Shown piece after piece: positions 13,062 through 25,239 of a stretch of 64,000 nt of DNA. The position numbers were made by a program, and so were the translations under genes. Under the pieces are notes generated by a model. The model ran no database searches, was not told the DNA's origin, and worked only from the letters and a program-made list of their open reading frames with translations. The stretch lies in NCBI RefSeq assembly GCF_009914755.1, contig NC_060931.1; one strand, 5' to 3'. Positions within the stretch are counted from its first letter, which is position 1; each line of letters begins with the position of its first letter. The stretch is from the human T2T-CHM13v2.0 reference genome, Homo sapiens.

Positions 13062-15500
13062 ACCAGCAAGTTATTTTCAGAACTTTAACAAAGGATTCTA
13101 AAGTTTATATGGAGAGGCAAAAGATGAAGAATAGTCAACATAATATTGAAGAACAAAGCTGGAGTTCTGACTGGCATTAGCTGACTTCAAGACTTATATA
13201 AAGCTCCTAGTACCACATTTGGTATTAGTGAAAGGAAAGACAAATAGATCAATAGAATAGAATAAAGAGCCCAGAAATAGGCCCACATAAATACAGTCAA
13301 TTGATGTTTGACAAAGGTACAAAGGCAACACGGTGGAGCAAAGATATCTTTTTAAATGATGCTGGAACAACCGGACATTCACATGCAAAAAAATAAATTT
13401 AAACATAGACCCTATGCACTTCACAAAAATTAACTAAAAATGGGTCATAGACCTAAATGTAAAACACAAAACTTATAGAAGATAATATAGGAAAAAAACC
13501 TACATAACCTTGGGAATGGCAATGACTTTTTAGATACAACACCAAAGTCATGATTCATGAAAGAAATAATTAATAAGCTGGACTTTGTTAGCATTAAAAG
13601 CCTCTGCTCTGTGAAAGACAATGTCAAGAAGAGAAGACAAACCACAGACTGAAAGAAAATATTTGCAAAACAAACATTGGATAAAGAACTGTTATCAAAA
13701 ATCTACAAAGAAATCTCAAAATGCAACAATAAAAAAAAACAACCCATTTAAAAGTAGAGCAAAGACCTTAACAAACACCTCACTAAAGAAGATATACACA
13801 TGACAAATAAGCATATGAAAAGATGCTTCAATCATACATCATCAAGGAAATGCAAATTAAATCAACAATGAGATACCACTGCACACCTATTAGAATGGCC
13901 AAAATTCAGAACACTTACCCAAATGCTGGTGAGGATGCAGAGCAACAGGAACCCTCATTCACTGCTGGTGGGAATGTAAAGTAGTACAGCCACTTCAGGA
14001 GATAGTTTGGTGGTTTATTATAAAACTAAGCATGCACTTATATGCAATCCAGCAATCATGCTCCTTGCTATTTACCCAAATGCATTGAAAACTCTTATCC
14101 ACAAAGAGACTTGAACACAGATGCTTAGAGTAACTTTATTGATAATTGCGAAAACTTGGAAGCAACCAAGATGTCTTTCAGTAGGTGGATGGATAAATTA
14201 AATGTGATACATCCAGATAACAGAATATTATTCAGCACAAAAAAGAAATTAGGTATCAAGCCATGAAAGTGATACAGTAGTACTGGGAAGGGAAGGGCGT
14301 GGTCCCTTTAAACGATACAGAAGTGAGGAAGAGAAGTGCTGGGAAGGGGAGGGCGTGGACCCTGGCTAGGGCTCTACCCCACAGACTTAGGTGAGGACAG
14401 ACACTTCTGCCCTCGCACTCAAATGCTGCATTTTCCAAGACCACCCTCACCACGCTCCCATACTGTGCCTATAAAAACCCGAGACCCTAGCAAGGCAGAG
14501 ACAGAGGCAGCTGGACATGGAGGGGAACACATTAGCAGAGGAACACACACGCGGCTGGACGTCGAGAGGATCACACCGACAGGTACCAGCTCCCCACAGG
14601 CCACTGACCAGCAGAACGACTCAGAGTTTGGCTGGGGCAGCTGAGGAGATCCCTGACCGCCTAGCTGCCCGACTCCAGGGGAAAACCAGTTCCCTTCTGG
14701 ATCCCTCATCTGTTGAGAGCTACTTCCACTCAATAAAACCTTGCACTCATTCTCAAAGCCCACATGCGATCCGATTCTTCTGGTACACCAAAGCAAGAAA
14801 CCCCAAGATACAGAAAGCCCTTTATCCTTGCGACAAGGTAGGGGGTCTAATTGAGCTGGTTAACACAAGCTTCCTATAGACGGCGAACTAAAAGATCACC
14901 CTGTAACAAACGCCCACTGGGGCTTCAGCTGTAAACATTCACCTCTAGACACTGCCGTGGGGTCGGAGCGCCAAAGCCTGCCAGTCTGTATGCTCCCCTA
15001 TGGGTTTGAGCAGCGGGGCACTGAAGAAGCAAGCCACACCCCCATCGCACACCCTGCAAGGGGACACAAGTGAACCTTTCCCGTTTCAAAAGGACATGGG
15101 GGAACCTTAATTGTGTATTATTATACGAAGTGAAAGAAGCCATTCCAAAAGGCTACATACAGTATGATTTCAACTGTACGACATTCTGGAAAAGGCAAAA
15201 CTACGGAGACAATAAAAAGATCAGTGATTGTCAGGGGTTGGGGAGACAGCGATAAATAGGCAGAGCACAGAGGTTTTTAGGGCAGTGAAACTACTCTGTA
15301 TAATAATATAATGGTGGATTTATGTCATTATACATTTGTCCAAATCCATAGAATGTATAATACCAAAGTGAACACTATGGTAGACTATGGACCTTGAGTG
15401 ATTATGATGTGTTAATGTAGGTTTGTTATTTGTAACAAAAGTACTGCCTGGTGGAGGATATTGATAATCCAGGAGGCTATGTATGTATTGGGGTAGAGGG
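13062..15500 (+). mobile_element. L1MC1-like LINE, ORF2 3' part and 3' UTR, split by an LTR at 14270-15088
   Basis: ctggaacaaccggacattcacatgcaaaaaa...; the 3' UTR caagccatgaaag|gacatgggggaacctt...ctggaaaaggcaaaact resumes after the LTR. Confidence 0.9.
14270..15088 (+). mobile_element. Solo LTR, LTR1 family (ERV1)
   Basis: TG...CA termini (tgatacag...cccgtttca), 4-bp TSD AAAG (14266-14269 / 15089-15092), TATA-like cctataaaa and AATAAA inside. Confidence 0.9.
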
Positions 15501-16699
15501 CCCAATACATGAGAAACTGAGGCCCAACATGTTTATATACCAGCATTGGTCACATTCTTAATGGGTAAAGCTGAATCCCATTTATTTCTATTCTAATCTC
15601 TGGGAAACACTCCTTTTCCACATATAATTACCTACTTGTACTTTTTATTGTAACTAGTACTCGCAGTGTTAAGTCAAGTGAATGATAAATACTAAATTTG
15701 TAATTAGAAAAATGAGTATCAGTAATGCTTCCTATAGGCCAGTTAGTGAGTGATAATTACACCGGCCAAACATACAGGGAGAAGGTGATTGGAGATTAAA
15801 GTAATAAATAAAAATATTTCTGTAGTGTTTTATATGCAACTCTTTCTCTTTAATTTAAAAATGTTTATAGTATCTTTTATAACAACTTGCTTTCTTTTTT
15901 TCTTCTTATTCTTCCTCTAAGTGTTGGTAATATGATTTTCCCACACTCTCTTTTTATAGTGCCACTGAAGTATAAAACCAATCAGAGATGAGAGAGCAGG
16001 GCTAGTAGGGTACAATTAAGTTTATGGCCTGAGTCACTTCTTTCTGAGGCTATAAGTTACATTCAAGTTTTAAGAGAAATCATAGGTACAGCCTGGTCAC
16101 ATGGGAACTGAGCACATTTAGGGAAATGTAATTAAATAGTGTGGATTTTACAAAATCCATTAAGTGTGTTTTTATAACATCTCTTCACCAATCCTCATTA
16201 AAAGGAATTTCAACAGGTACTGAGACATCATCCAAAACAATGTGCTGCAGAATCACAGATGGTCTACATAGCAGGGTAAACCTCAGGGACTTCAGGAAAA
16301 AGCATTCAGCAACCTAAAACTTCAGAGGCATCAACAATTCCTGTTGAAAAAATTTAGCAGGTTAAGGAATTTCCTCCTGAGTAGGGGCATTCATCTCCAT
16401 CTAAGTCATTCAGTTTTTGTCTAGATTATTGTGCTTGGATGGGAAAAACATCACAAAATCACAGGTTCACCTTTCTACTACTCAGAGAAAGAATTTCAAT
16501 TATCAGAGGAAAATACTAATAATTAGAGAAGCAACATAGAAAATGAAATTGCCAAGAGACCATAGTTGAGTTTATCAGACTAAAATGTTATGAACGTTAT
16601 ATTTTCAAAAACAAAGAACAAATCTTAATATTGAAGTTCCAGATTGAGTGGAAGATATCAGGACTCAGTTTCCTGAATTTTATGAGAGATCACTGAAAC

Positions 16700-17061
16700 C
16701 TGATTTTGAATTGATATTCATCAGGCCTAATTTTGCCAGCTTTATAAGCCAAGACTGACTCTAAATTTTATAGTGCTCAGGGCCCTTTTTTCCATTCTTT
16801 TAAGTTCTTTTTTCAAAGTAGCGTATGCACATGGTTAAGCAGATCCCATGGTGCAGAAGATATTCTAATGAAGAATAAGTGTCTGCCATCCCTCTCCCAT
16901 CCCCCTCAGTCCACCACTCCACATTGCTGCTTCTCTTGCTGCCAAGAAAAATAAAATCAAAACCAAAGTATCTCCTGCTTTTAACTCTTAATCCAGTTAT
17001 TGCCAAGTCTTTACATATTAAACCTATAATTTTATTTATTGACATCAATTTAAGATTTTAT
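16700..17061 (-). pseudogene. Fossil exon M: *NLKLMSINKIIGLICKDLAITGLRV...YSSLEYLLHHGICLTMCIRYFEKRT*KNGKKGPEHYKI*SQSWLIKLAKLG
   Basis: gctaagttaatag|A acceptor. Three NDK-like blocks in the correct order (cf. GEIIEIINKAGFTITKLKM; SGPCVAMEIQ; LGP...IRALFG); donor CAG|gtttca. Confidence 0.68.
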
Positions 17062-17119
17062 CTATTAACTTAGCATTATGAAACTTGAAGATTTATTTTA
17101 ATGAACTCCTCTCTACTTT

Positions 17120-17470
17120 TGAGTTCATAGAAGTAGAAAGTACAATTGCAGTCATTAGAGAATGGGAAAGGTAGGGAGAAGAGGAGGATAGGAAGATGTT
17201 GGCTAACAAAGTTACATTTAGATGGGAAGAAAAAGTTCTAGTGCTCTGGAGTACTGTAGGGTGAAAATGGTTAAGAATAATTTAGTGTATATTTTCAAAA
17301 AGCTAGAAAAAAATTGAGTGTTTATAGCACAAATAAATTATAAATGTTCCAGGTGATAGATATGCTAATGACCCTGATCTGATCATTACACATTGTATAC
17401 ATGTATCAAACGTCACTCTGTATCCCATAAATATCTACAATTATGATGTGTCAACTAAAAAAGGAACAAA
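17120..17470 (+). mobile_element. L1MA (about L1MA4-5) 3' UTR end
   Basis: gagttcatagaagtagaaagt...ggtgatagatatgctaatgaccctgatctgatcattacacattg...A-rich tail. Confidence 0.88.
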
Positions 17471-17799
17471 ATAAAATCCTCTTTATTTTAAAAGGTATTA
17501 TTTAGTTTTTCATTTGTCTTCTGTCTATTTTTGTAATGTTAAAACTCTATTTCTTGTTCTATCAAACTTTAGAGAACATCTGTCCACCACTCCCCATTCC
17601 ACCTATTTGATATTATTAGTTCCACCATGTTCCCACTACTTCCTACTTCTCCATTCATGTTCCCTGATTTCTGTCAGCTGTATCTTTGCTTCCACAGCTA
17701 AATGGCCAAAAATATTAATGTTCTGTTTTGTAAGTATATTTAAATTTGTTGCCAGTCTATTAAACTTTGACTCTGTTATGGCCTCCTAATAAAGAGGGT

Positions 17800-18450
17800 G
17801 TTGTCAAACCCTCTGTAATAAAACAAGCAAAAACAGTGGTAACTTACCTTCTGAAAGTTTTAGGATATTTTTTAAGCTCGTAAGACTGTCCTTCTAGATA
17901 AATTATTAAGCTGAAGCTACTTAAGCCGATATTTTATTAGAGGGGTGGATGAATGATTTAGGCCTGTTATTGTTTTTATCAACTCTGGGAGAAATTTGTC
18001 AGATGCAACACAGGATTGTGTGTAGCTTTTATTGATCGTTTCGTGGCCTTTGACTCCAAGTCCGTGAATCAGTTACAGGTCTAACTAAATGAATTCAGTA
18101 TAGGCCAGCAGCTTTTGATGTAACTTGCACTTAGAAACAGTCTCCTGGTGAGTCAGATAATAATTTCCAGCAGATAAAATAGAGATGTGTACTGACTTCC
18201 CTTCTCTTCAACTAGTTCTTTAATAACTCAATACTTCTTTAGTGTGAGCTTGGTGCAGGCACCTGCTGGTTCTCCAAGTAAAGAGACCAGGGAAACAATC
18301 ACCTTCATGTGTGCTGGGAACATTGTTTTATTGTCACAAATTAACAGTATTTTTGCAGTGCTGTCTAATTAACATCAGATAGAATAGCTAAACATCAACT
18401 ATTGCATGAAGAGTGTAATTAATTGTTTTTGGTAGTGAACATCTAGCCTC
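17800..18450 (+). mobile_element. Ancient RTE-clade (L4-like) LINE RT remnant
   Basis: Degenerate RT motifs in order: VAFIDRFVAFDS (~18023), CVLTSLLFN (~18186), MCAGNIVLLS (YADDIVLLS-like, ~18307). Confidence 0.6.
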
Positions 18451-18469
18451 CATCTACTTTATAGTGAAC

Positions 18470-18645
18470 AGGCTTGTAGAGCTCCCTAAGTCTGCATGCA
18501 CAGGAATTATTTGGAAAGCCTGTTAGGCATACAGTCTCCTGGAAGATCTTCAGTTAGTAGATGTGTGAGGTGGGGCCTGAGGATCTGTGATTTAGAAAAT
18601 CTTCTCAAGTGATGCTAAGGCAAAGTCAGGTTTTAGAATTATTGT
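18470..18645. mobile_element. MER5-like hAT DNA transposon
   Basis: cagttagtagatgtgtgaggtggggcctgaggatctgtgattt...aagtgatgctaaggc...ttttagaattattg. Confidence 0.6.
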
Positions 18646-19674
18646 GTTAAGCAAGCCATCTTGCTTATTATTTACAGATACATTGTGCAATCAGTTTACT
18701 TATTTAAATGTAAACAATTTCTCAAATGATTTTTGAAGATTTGTTCCCAAGTCTATAGCAGGTGTTTAGTAGCACTTACTTAAATTTATTTTTTCTATTT
18801 TAGAATTATCATGGCCATGTTCTTGATATATCCTTTGGAAATTTGGTTATCCATCTGTTTATAAGTTGTAATGGATGCAAATTTCTTTTCGGAGGATATC
18901 TTGTCTTTGCTCATGGAATCATTTACACTCAAGTGAGCTTTCTGTTATGCCTCAGCTCATCTCCTTGAAGTGTCTTTTCAGGCACATATTTTTTATGAGT
19001 TAGGTTCTGTTAACCTAAATTCCTACCTAAAATTTTGATCACCAGTGCATATAAACCAACTTGTAACTGGCAATATAATATAATTACACTCCAGATACTT
19101 GTCAAATAATATAACCTTGAACTCTCTGTTGCCCAATCTCATTTAAAAATTGTGTTAAAATAAATAACACTTTTGAAAAACTATGTGAAATATATGCATT
19201 ACAACCCATGACAAAATTTTTCCTTGGTTCAAGTCAGAACAAGAGAGAACTGAGTAGTGTTCTGCATTGTTTTGGCCCCTAATGTATTACTTTCATTAAC
19301 ATTGGACCACCAGCCTCCATCGAGAGAACAAAAATCTATATAAAATCCATAACAGTGATTACTATTAAGATCTTACCTATCTAGTGTTTAAATTAATGGA
19401 AAAATTTGAAAAGCACTGAATATCTATAACCTTCAAAAGATGGAGGAGGATATAGTGATATCTCTCAGTTTAGGAATGCGACTGTAAGTGTAGAAATTAA
19501 TTGTTGACCCATATTTTGTCTTAAAAGCTCACCTATTATTTTCTGCTACTACATACATACATGTTTATTTTAATACAAATAAATGATTATAATTTTCCTC
19601 TAAATTTTCAAATAAATTTCAATTCCACAGAGATGTGTTGTGTTTATCCCATGGGTCTAAGTAGTAACAGGTAC

Positions 19675-19991
19675 TTCGCATGACTATCAGAGGAAGCACA
19701 CCCCAGTTATAAAACCAAAGTCAGTGTCCTCTTTTGAGAATTCAAAGGAAAAAAATTTTTCTAGTCCTAGAATGTTGGAAAGCTGGGCTTCTGATGAACA
19801 ACTCTTTGATTTGTATCTTAAAGATACCATAAACATTGTAATTCATTCTGTTTCTACCTTTATCCTCTAGAAAGCTTCCAGTTATATTGCCAACCATCTT
19901 GAACATATGTTCAGAACAATTGGGCATGTGACTTTTAAAAATTCTAATCAAGTTATCTAGCTCCATTTTATTTTTGTGTCTTTTTATTCTT
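19675..19991 (-). pseudogene. Fossil exon L: ...LDNLIRIFKS...EHMFKMVGNITG...YNVYG...(fs)FFPLNSQKRTLTLVL*LGCASSDSHA(K)
   Basis: Long open frame (ORF 19742-20017), then FFP..QKRTLTLVL, like an NDK end/start junction (FFP...ERTLALIKP). ttgttatag|A and GAA|gtacct boundaries are both phase 2. Confidence 0.5.
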
Positions 19992-20199
19992 CTATAACAA
20001 ATCTTGATCCATTTCATTGTTTAGAAAAACTCCTACCTTAAAATCCCAAATTCTAATAATTCATTTTCAGACTATAAGCTTCTGTATTTCCACTTCTTCC
20101 TTCACTTCATATTCTATGACATCTACTCTTTGTCCTCATGGAAATCTTCATTCTCTTTATTTGCTGCTTGATATACTCATTTCCCATTTTGTGAGATGG

Positions 20200-22770
20200 T
20201 ATTAAGATCCGTCTGGTCACCCAAGCCTAAATCCTGGGAACTACCTTGAAAATCTCTTTACACAGTACCCTACCTCCAAATATTAATTTTTTTCATTTCC
20301 ACTTTTTTAAAATTTTGAGAATTTGTGTTTTCCTTCTTTATTTCCATAGCCATCATCTTAATTCAGACAGTCAACATTTCTTGCCTCTACCTGATATTCC
20401 AATAGTCCCCTTAATGGTCTCCTTGCTTCAAGTCTTATTCCCCCAACCCCCAACCCCAAATTATTTCCCACACTGTTGCTAGAGTTATCTTTTCAAAATT
20501 TTAATCATTATACATCACATTATCTCATTCAGCTGCTTAGAGTTCTCCAGTGTCTTACCACTGTCTATAGAATAAGCACAAACTTAAGCATGGCACCCAC
20601 AGTCCCTCATGACTGACTGATCCCCAGCTACCCTGTAGAATATTTCCTCTCAAGACTCCACAACATGCTCCACTTCAGCCTGGCTAAGTACTTCAATGCT
20701 CTAAGGGTACCATACTGCTCCCTAGCGCTGGGCTTTTGTACCCGGTATATCTTCTCTCTAGAATATTCTACCTAATTCTACCTCCCCAGTTTCACATAGC
20801 AAATTTTTTTTTGGGGAAATATTATTTATATTGATAAGACATACCATATTGACATTGATATCCCCCATACTTAATAAAATCTCTTCCCTCCTGTGTTAGC
20901 CTCTTCTCTCTCTTCTGTGCCCACGTTTCATTCATACAGGATCTCTGGTGCCTTGGCCTCTTCCTTTTCCATCTAGAGACTTCACATACATTGTTTTCTT
21001 TGAATGGGATGTTCTCCTGCCCTTCTTTTTACTTAAACTATTCACATTCATTTTTTCAGATATATGCCCAGGTCATGATAAGCAAAAGCCTCCATGTGAC
21101 ACAATCAAATGGAAATTTTTCTATCCTTATCATGACCTCTCAGCAATATTTAATCAGACATGGAATTCTATTATTTTTGAACACTTTCTTCTCTCATTTC
21201 TGCAGAAATAGACTCAATTTTCTTCCTACCTCATTAACTGACTGGCTTTTCTGATTCTTTGCTACCCAAAATCTACTGGTTGGATTTTCTCAGGACTAAG
21301 TCCTTGGGTCCATTTTCTTCTCTTGTTATGGTCTCTCTATAGCTCTATAGGATAGGTAATTTCAGCAGGTATTTTTTGTTTGTTTGTTTTGTTTTTGATT
21401 TTACACAGTCTTACTCTGTCGCCCAGGGTGGAGTGCAGTGGTGCATGTGATCTCACCTCACTGCAAGCTCCGCCTCATGGATTCAAGTGGTTCCCGTGCC
21501 TCAGCCACCAAATAGCTAGGATTACAGGCACGAGCCAACATGCCCAGCTAATTTTTGTATTTTTAGTAGAGACGGGGTTTTGCCATGTTGGCCAGGCTGG
21601 TCTCGAACTCCTGGCCTCAAGTGATCATCAGTTTTTTGACTTAAAATACCAGATGAGGCTCTTCTAAAAGCCAGAGTTGTAAATACAATCTCTTACATGA
21701 GGTCTCACTCGGATGTGTCAGAGACATCTCAAACTTAACATATTCTAAAAAGTTTTATTGTATTTCTCTCTGCCAGAAACCTGATATCCCCCAGTCTTTT
21801 TTAGTTCAGCAAATGACACCACCATCTAATGTGTTACTAAAGCAGGAGGCTTGGACTGCCGTTCCTCTTTTCTCCAACTCCTTCACTGTGATCTTTTCTT
21901 CTGATTGTTTTCACATCATCTGTACTGGCCTCCCAGTTCTGCTCTTGGCTCCCTCCTATACATTCTCCAGGTAGAAACCAAATGACTTTGTTAAAATCTA
22001 AATCATATTATGCCACTCCTCTTAAAACCTATCGATAATTTCCTAATTGGAGTAAAACAGTCACTCTTGCCATGACCCACATAGGGGCACAAGTCCAACT
22101 TCATCTAATGGAACTCTCTTGTCGCTTGCTCACCTGACTGATAATGCCAGCATACTCAGGCCAACTCTCCCCTGCTGCAGGGCCTTTGCCCTTGCCACTT
22201 GTATTGCCAGAAACTCACCTTCTCTAAATCCAAAAATGATTAGGTTCTTATTCTTGGGTTCTCAGCTTAGATTTTGTTGTTTAGAGAGTACTCCCCAGAA
22301 CAACCCTGGCAGGTCCTCTGTTTTCCTTATGTTTTGTTTATTCACTACCTATTACTTCTTATAGTTCATGACTTAAAGTTTATTTATGTGTTCTGACATT
22401 CCAATGAAACTTAAGTCTTCACAAGGGCAAAGATTATGTCTTCTGTTTAATGTTTCATCTCCAATTCTAGCATGGTGCCAGAGTAGGTACTTAATAAGTA
22501 CTTGTTTAATGAATGACTCTCTCGGTTTAAAAATCATGGGAAGCCTGTGGTCCTTCAGACTAGCATGGTTAACTCATTATATGGCCCTGTAACTCTTTAT
22601 ACTTCTCTTTTATTATACTTTGCCCATTTATAATTACTGTATGTTTCCAGTGTTAGATAGTAATGACATGAGACCTTATATGTTTGGGTTCTTTTCATCA
22701 TGGTATCCCCAGCACTTTGCATAGTGGCTGCAATGTGGCAAGTGCTTCACAAATATTTAGGTGGTAAACG
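20200..22770 (+). mobile_element. L2 LINE fragments (several), interrupted by an Alu
   Basis: ccacactgttgctagagttatctttt...; 3' ends gtaggtacttaataagtacttgtttaatgaatga and cccagcactttgcatagtggc. Confidence 0.8.
21371..21626 (-). mobile_element. Alu, 5'-truncated (AluJ/S)
   Basis: T-rich tail, cagtcttactctgtcgcccagg...ctcctggcctcaagtgatc; first ~50 nt of the consensus missing. Confidence 0.95.
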
Positions 22771-23909
22771 AATATCTGCAGAAGATTACTAATTTCTTTG
22801 TTTACCGAATGCATTGATTAAATCAAAATTGCTAAAGGTAACTTAAGAGACTTAAAGGGCAGAAATGAGTTGTAATAACAACATAAGAGGAGATCTCATA
22901 TTGAGTTGGAGCTTAGAGAGGATTGTGATTTGATCGTTGCAATCTGAATAATGTTATGTCTGTAAAAGGAGACAAAACTATATGAAATTAAAAAAACTAT
23001 TTAATAATTTGCTACAAGAAGAGCATTGGTTCAGATAGAGTATGAAGTAAAGCAGAAAACCCCTGATGAAACAAAAACTTATTTATCAGTAGTAAGTCCA
23101 AAGAACATAGGCAAAGCTTAGCTACATGGAAAATCATGCCCTTCGAAAGACAGAATATTGAATCTAAGCCATCATAAAGAATAGAAAATACAGAAAGATA
23201 AATAAAAAATTATTACAGCAAAGATAACAACATGAAAACACAAAATTCTAGATGAAATTCCAAAGTGTGTTCTGCTGCTGAAATGATGTGGGAAATAGGG
23301 GCTGGGAAACAGGTCTCAGATGAAATAAGCATAGACTAAACAAAACCATAGTTGTGCCTTTCTTGAGACTTTCTCAAAGTCTTTAATATTCTACACTGCT
23401 TTGGGGCCCATCAAGGGAAGTACACGGAATGGATTTTTTTTCCTAAATTTATTTGACCAGGAAATAATTTTTGCACAAGACACGTAGGGATTGATCTGGG
23501 AATAATTAGTCTTGGTCCTGAAAGTGCCCTTCCGTTAGCAGAGATTTAGTTCAATGTTGTTAGATGTAAACTCTAATGGTCATTCCTAGATTATTAATAG
23601 GGGGCTTTAGGCAATTATATGCATGTATCTCCTATAATTACTCAAGGACAGATCCTAAAATCCTCTACTATATGTGAAGACAATGGAAATTATTCTACAA
23701 GGGGTAGAAAGGAAAGAATGGATTGTTGAGAAGTAAGGAGAAAGTTAGAATTATGAAAACAGTGCACAGACATTGTTTAAATGGAAAAAAAAAAAGAGCA
23801 AAGTCATAGTAATCTTTGTCCAATCCTTGACAGGGCCTAATTCATACATTTCAAAGTCATTAAATGGGTCAATGTAAGGTAAGATAATGGAGACTTATGA
23901 TCTACTGAC

Positions 23910-24028
23910 CTTATTACATCGTTAAAAAAATCAAATGTTGGCCTGAAAAGAGCAAATTCCTTCCTAGTAATTCACATACCCAGAAATCTGGAGCTTACTG
24001 GAATTCTTAATAAAAATTACAAATCTCC
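23910..24028 (-). pseudogene. Fossil exon(s) J/K: (K)EICNFY*EFQ | PTFDFFNDVI(R)
   Basis: atttattacag|G at 24028, donor CCA|gtaagc (23998), acceptor tttgctcttttcag|G (23942), donor AAG|gtcagt. Resembles NDK KEALDFHVDHQSRPFFNELIQ. The intervening intron is only 56 nt, so the structure is uncertain. Confidence 0.5.
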
Positions 24029-24877
24029 CTGTAATAAATTTCAATTGCCAGTTCTTGATAACTTTAAGTACAGTTTGCCATTGAACTTGCCCATTATTAA
24101 CTATTGCTTACTTTTCACTGTTTTGCTTTTTAATCATAGAACAACTTTTACTTTCTTTTTTCTAGGTGACTTCCAGGTGTGGCATAGAACCTTTTGTTCT
24201 GTTTGACCATGGTCTCTCAGGAAGTTGATTTTCATTTTTGGCATAAACTGCCCTTATGATGCTTTTAATTGTTGCTTATTTAAACAGAGAGTACTTCATT
24301 GTGGGACTTCCTCAGACAGAGACCCAACTCTTACTAATGCGCAAACCCTTCTGAAGGTGAAATACTCTTCTAATCTAAAACCACACTGCAAACAGCCTTT
24401 TCCTGTGCGCATTTCACTGTTTTTTTTTCAAAGGCATAAGAAAGAATAAAAAAGGATAATTTTTGTTCTTTTCTTCATGTAGCTGTAGTTTTTAAAGATA
24501 ACAACTTTTTTTTCTAGATAAAATGATGCCTGCTTATCTTAAAAATAAATGCAACAATTTCAAGAGGCACAAAGAAGAGATAACTCATCCAAAATCCCAC
24601 CACACTGTTTCCCTTTGTTTATACACCAGTGTTATATTTGGGAAACATTTTCCAATCTCTATGTGTATAAACAGAGGAAAAGAGAAAGTGAGCCAGATAT
24701 AATTATTTAAGAATTGGATGATAGAATACATGCTTTTTTAAAGATAAAAAATATTAAATTTAATTTTTTTGAATCTAACAGAAAAAAAAACAAGTGAAAC
24801 TGAAGGAATTATTAACCTTGAAATAAATGTTTCCTTACCAAATGATTATTATTTATAAAAAGAAAAAACTTTCAAAG

Positions 24878-25080
24878 GACTATAGTTAATAATAATGTAT
24901 GGTATTCTTAAAAATTGCTGAGAATAGATTTTAAGTGTTCTCACCACAAAAAAAATAAAAAGTATGTGAGGTAATACCTATGTTAATTGGCTCAATTTAG
25001 CCATTCCACAATATGCGCACATTTCAAAACAAGTTGTACATAAAGTATATAATTTTTGTCAAAAAATAAATTTTAAAAAA
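24878..25080 (+). mobile_element. L1MA 3' end fragment
   Basis: gactatagttaataataatgtat...aagtgttctcaccacaaaa...gtatgtgaggtaatacctatgttaatt. Confidence 0.85.
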
Positions 25081-25239
25081 CCTTCTAAGATTAAGGAAGA
25101 AAACCAAAGCATGGAGCTCATAAAAATCCATATCTATACTTAGTAAGGATGGACCAATAGGTCTTCTTGGAAGACAAAGGGGTGAACTCTTAGAATTTCT
25201 TCCTTCTCCTCCTCCTTTGTCATGAACACTGCTGTTCGT

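Noticed and set aside
14256-15143. Overlapping 100-125-aa ORFs
   Set aside because: Fall inside the LTR1 solo LTR; GC-rich chance ORFs.
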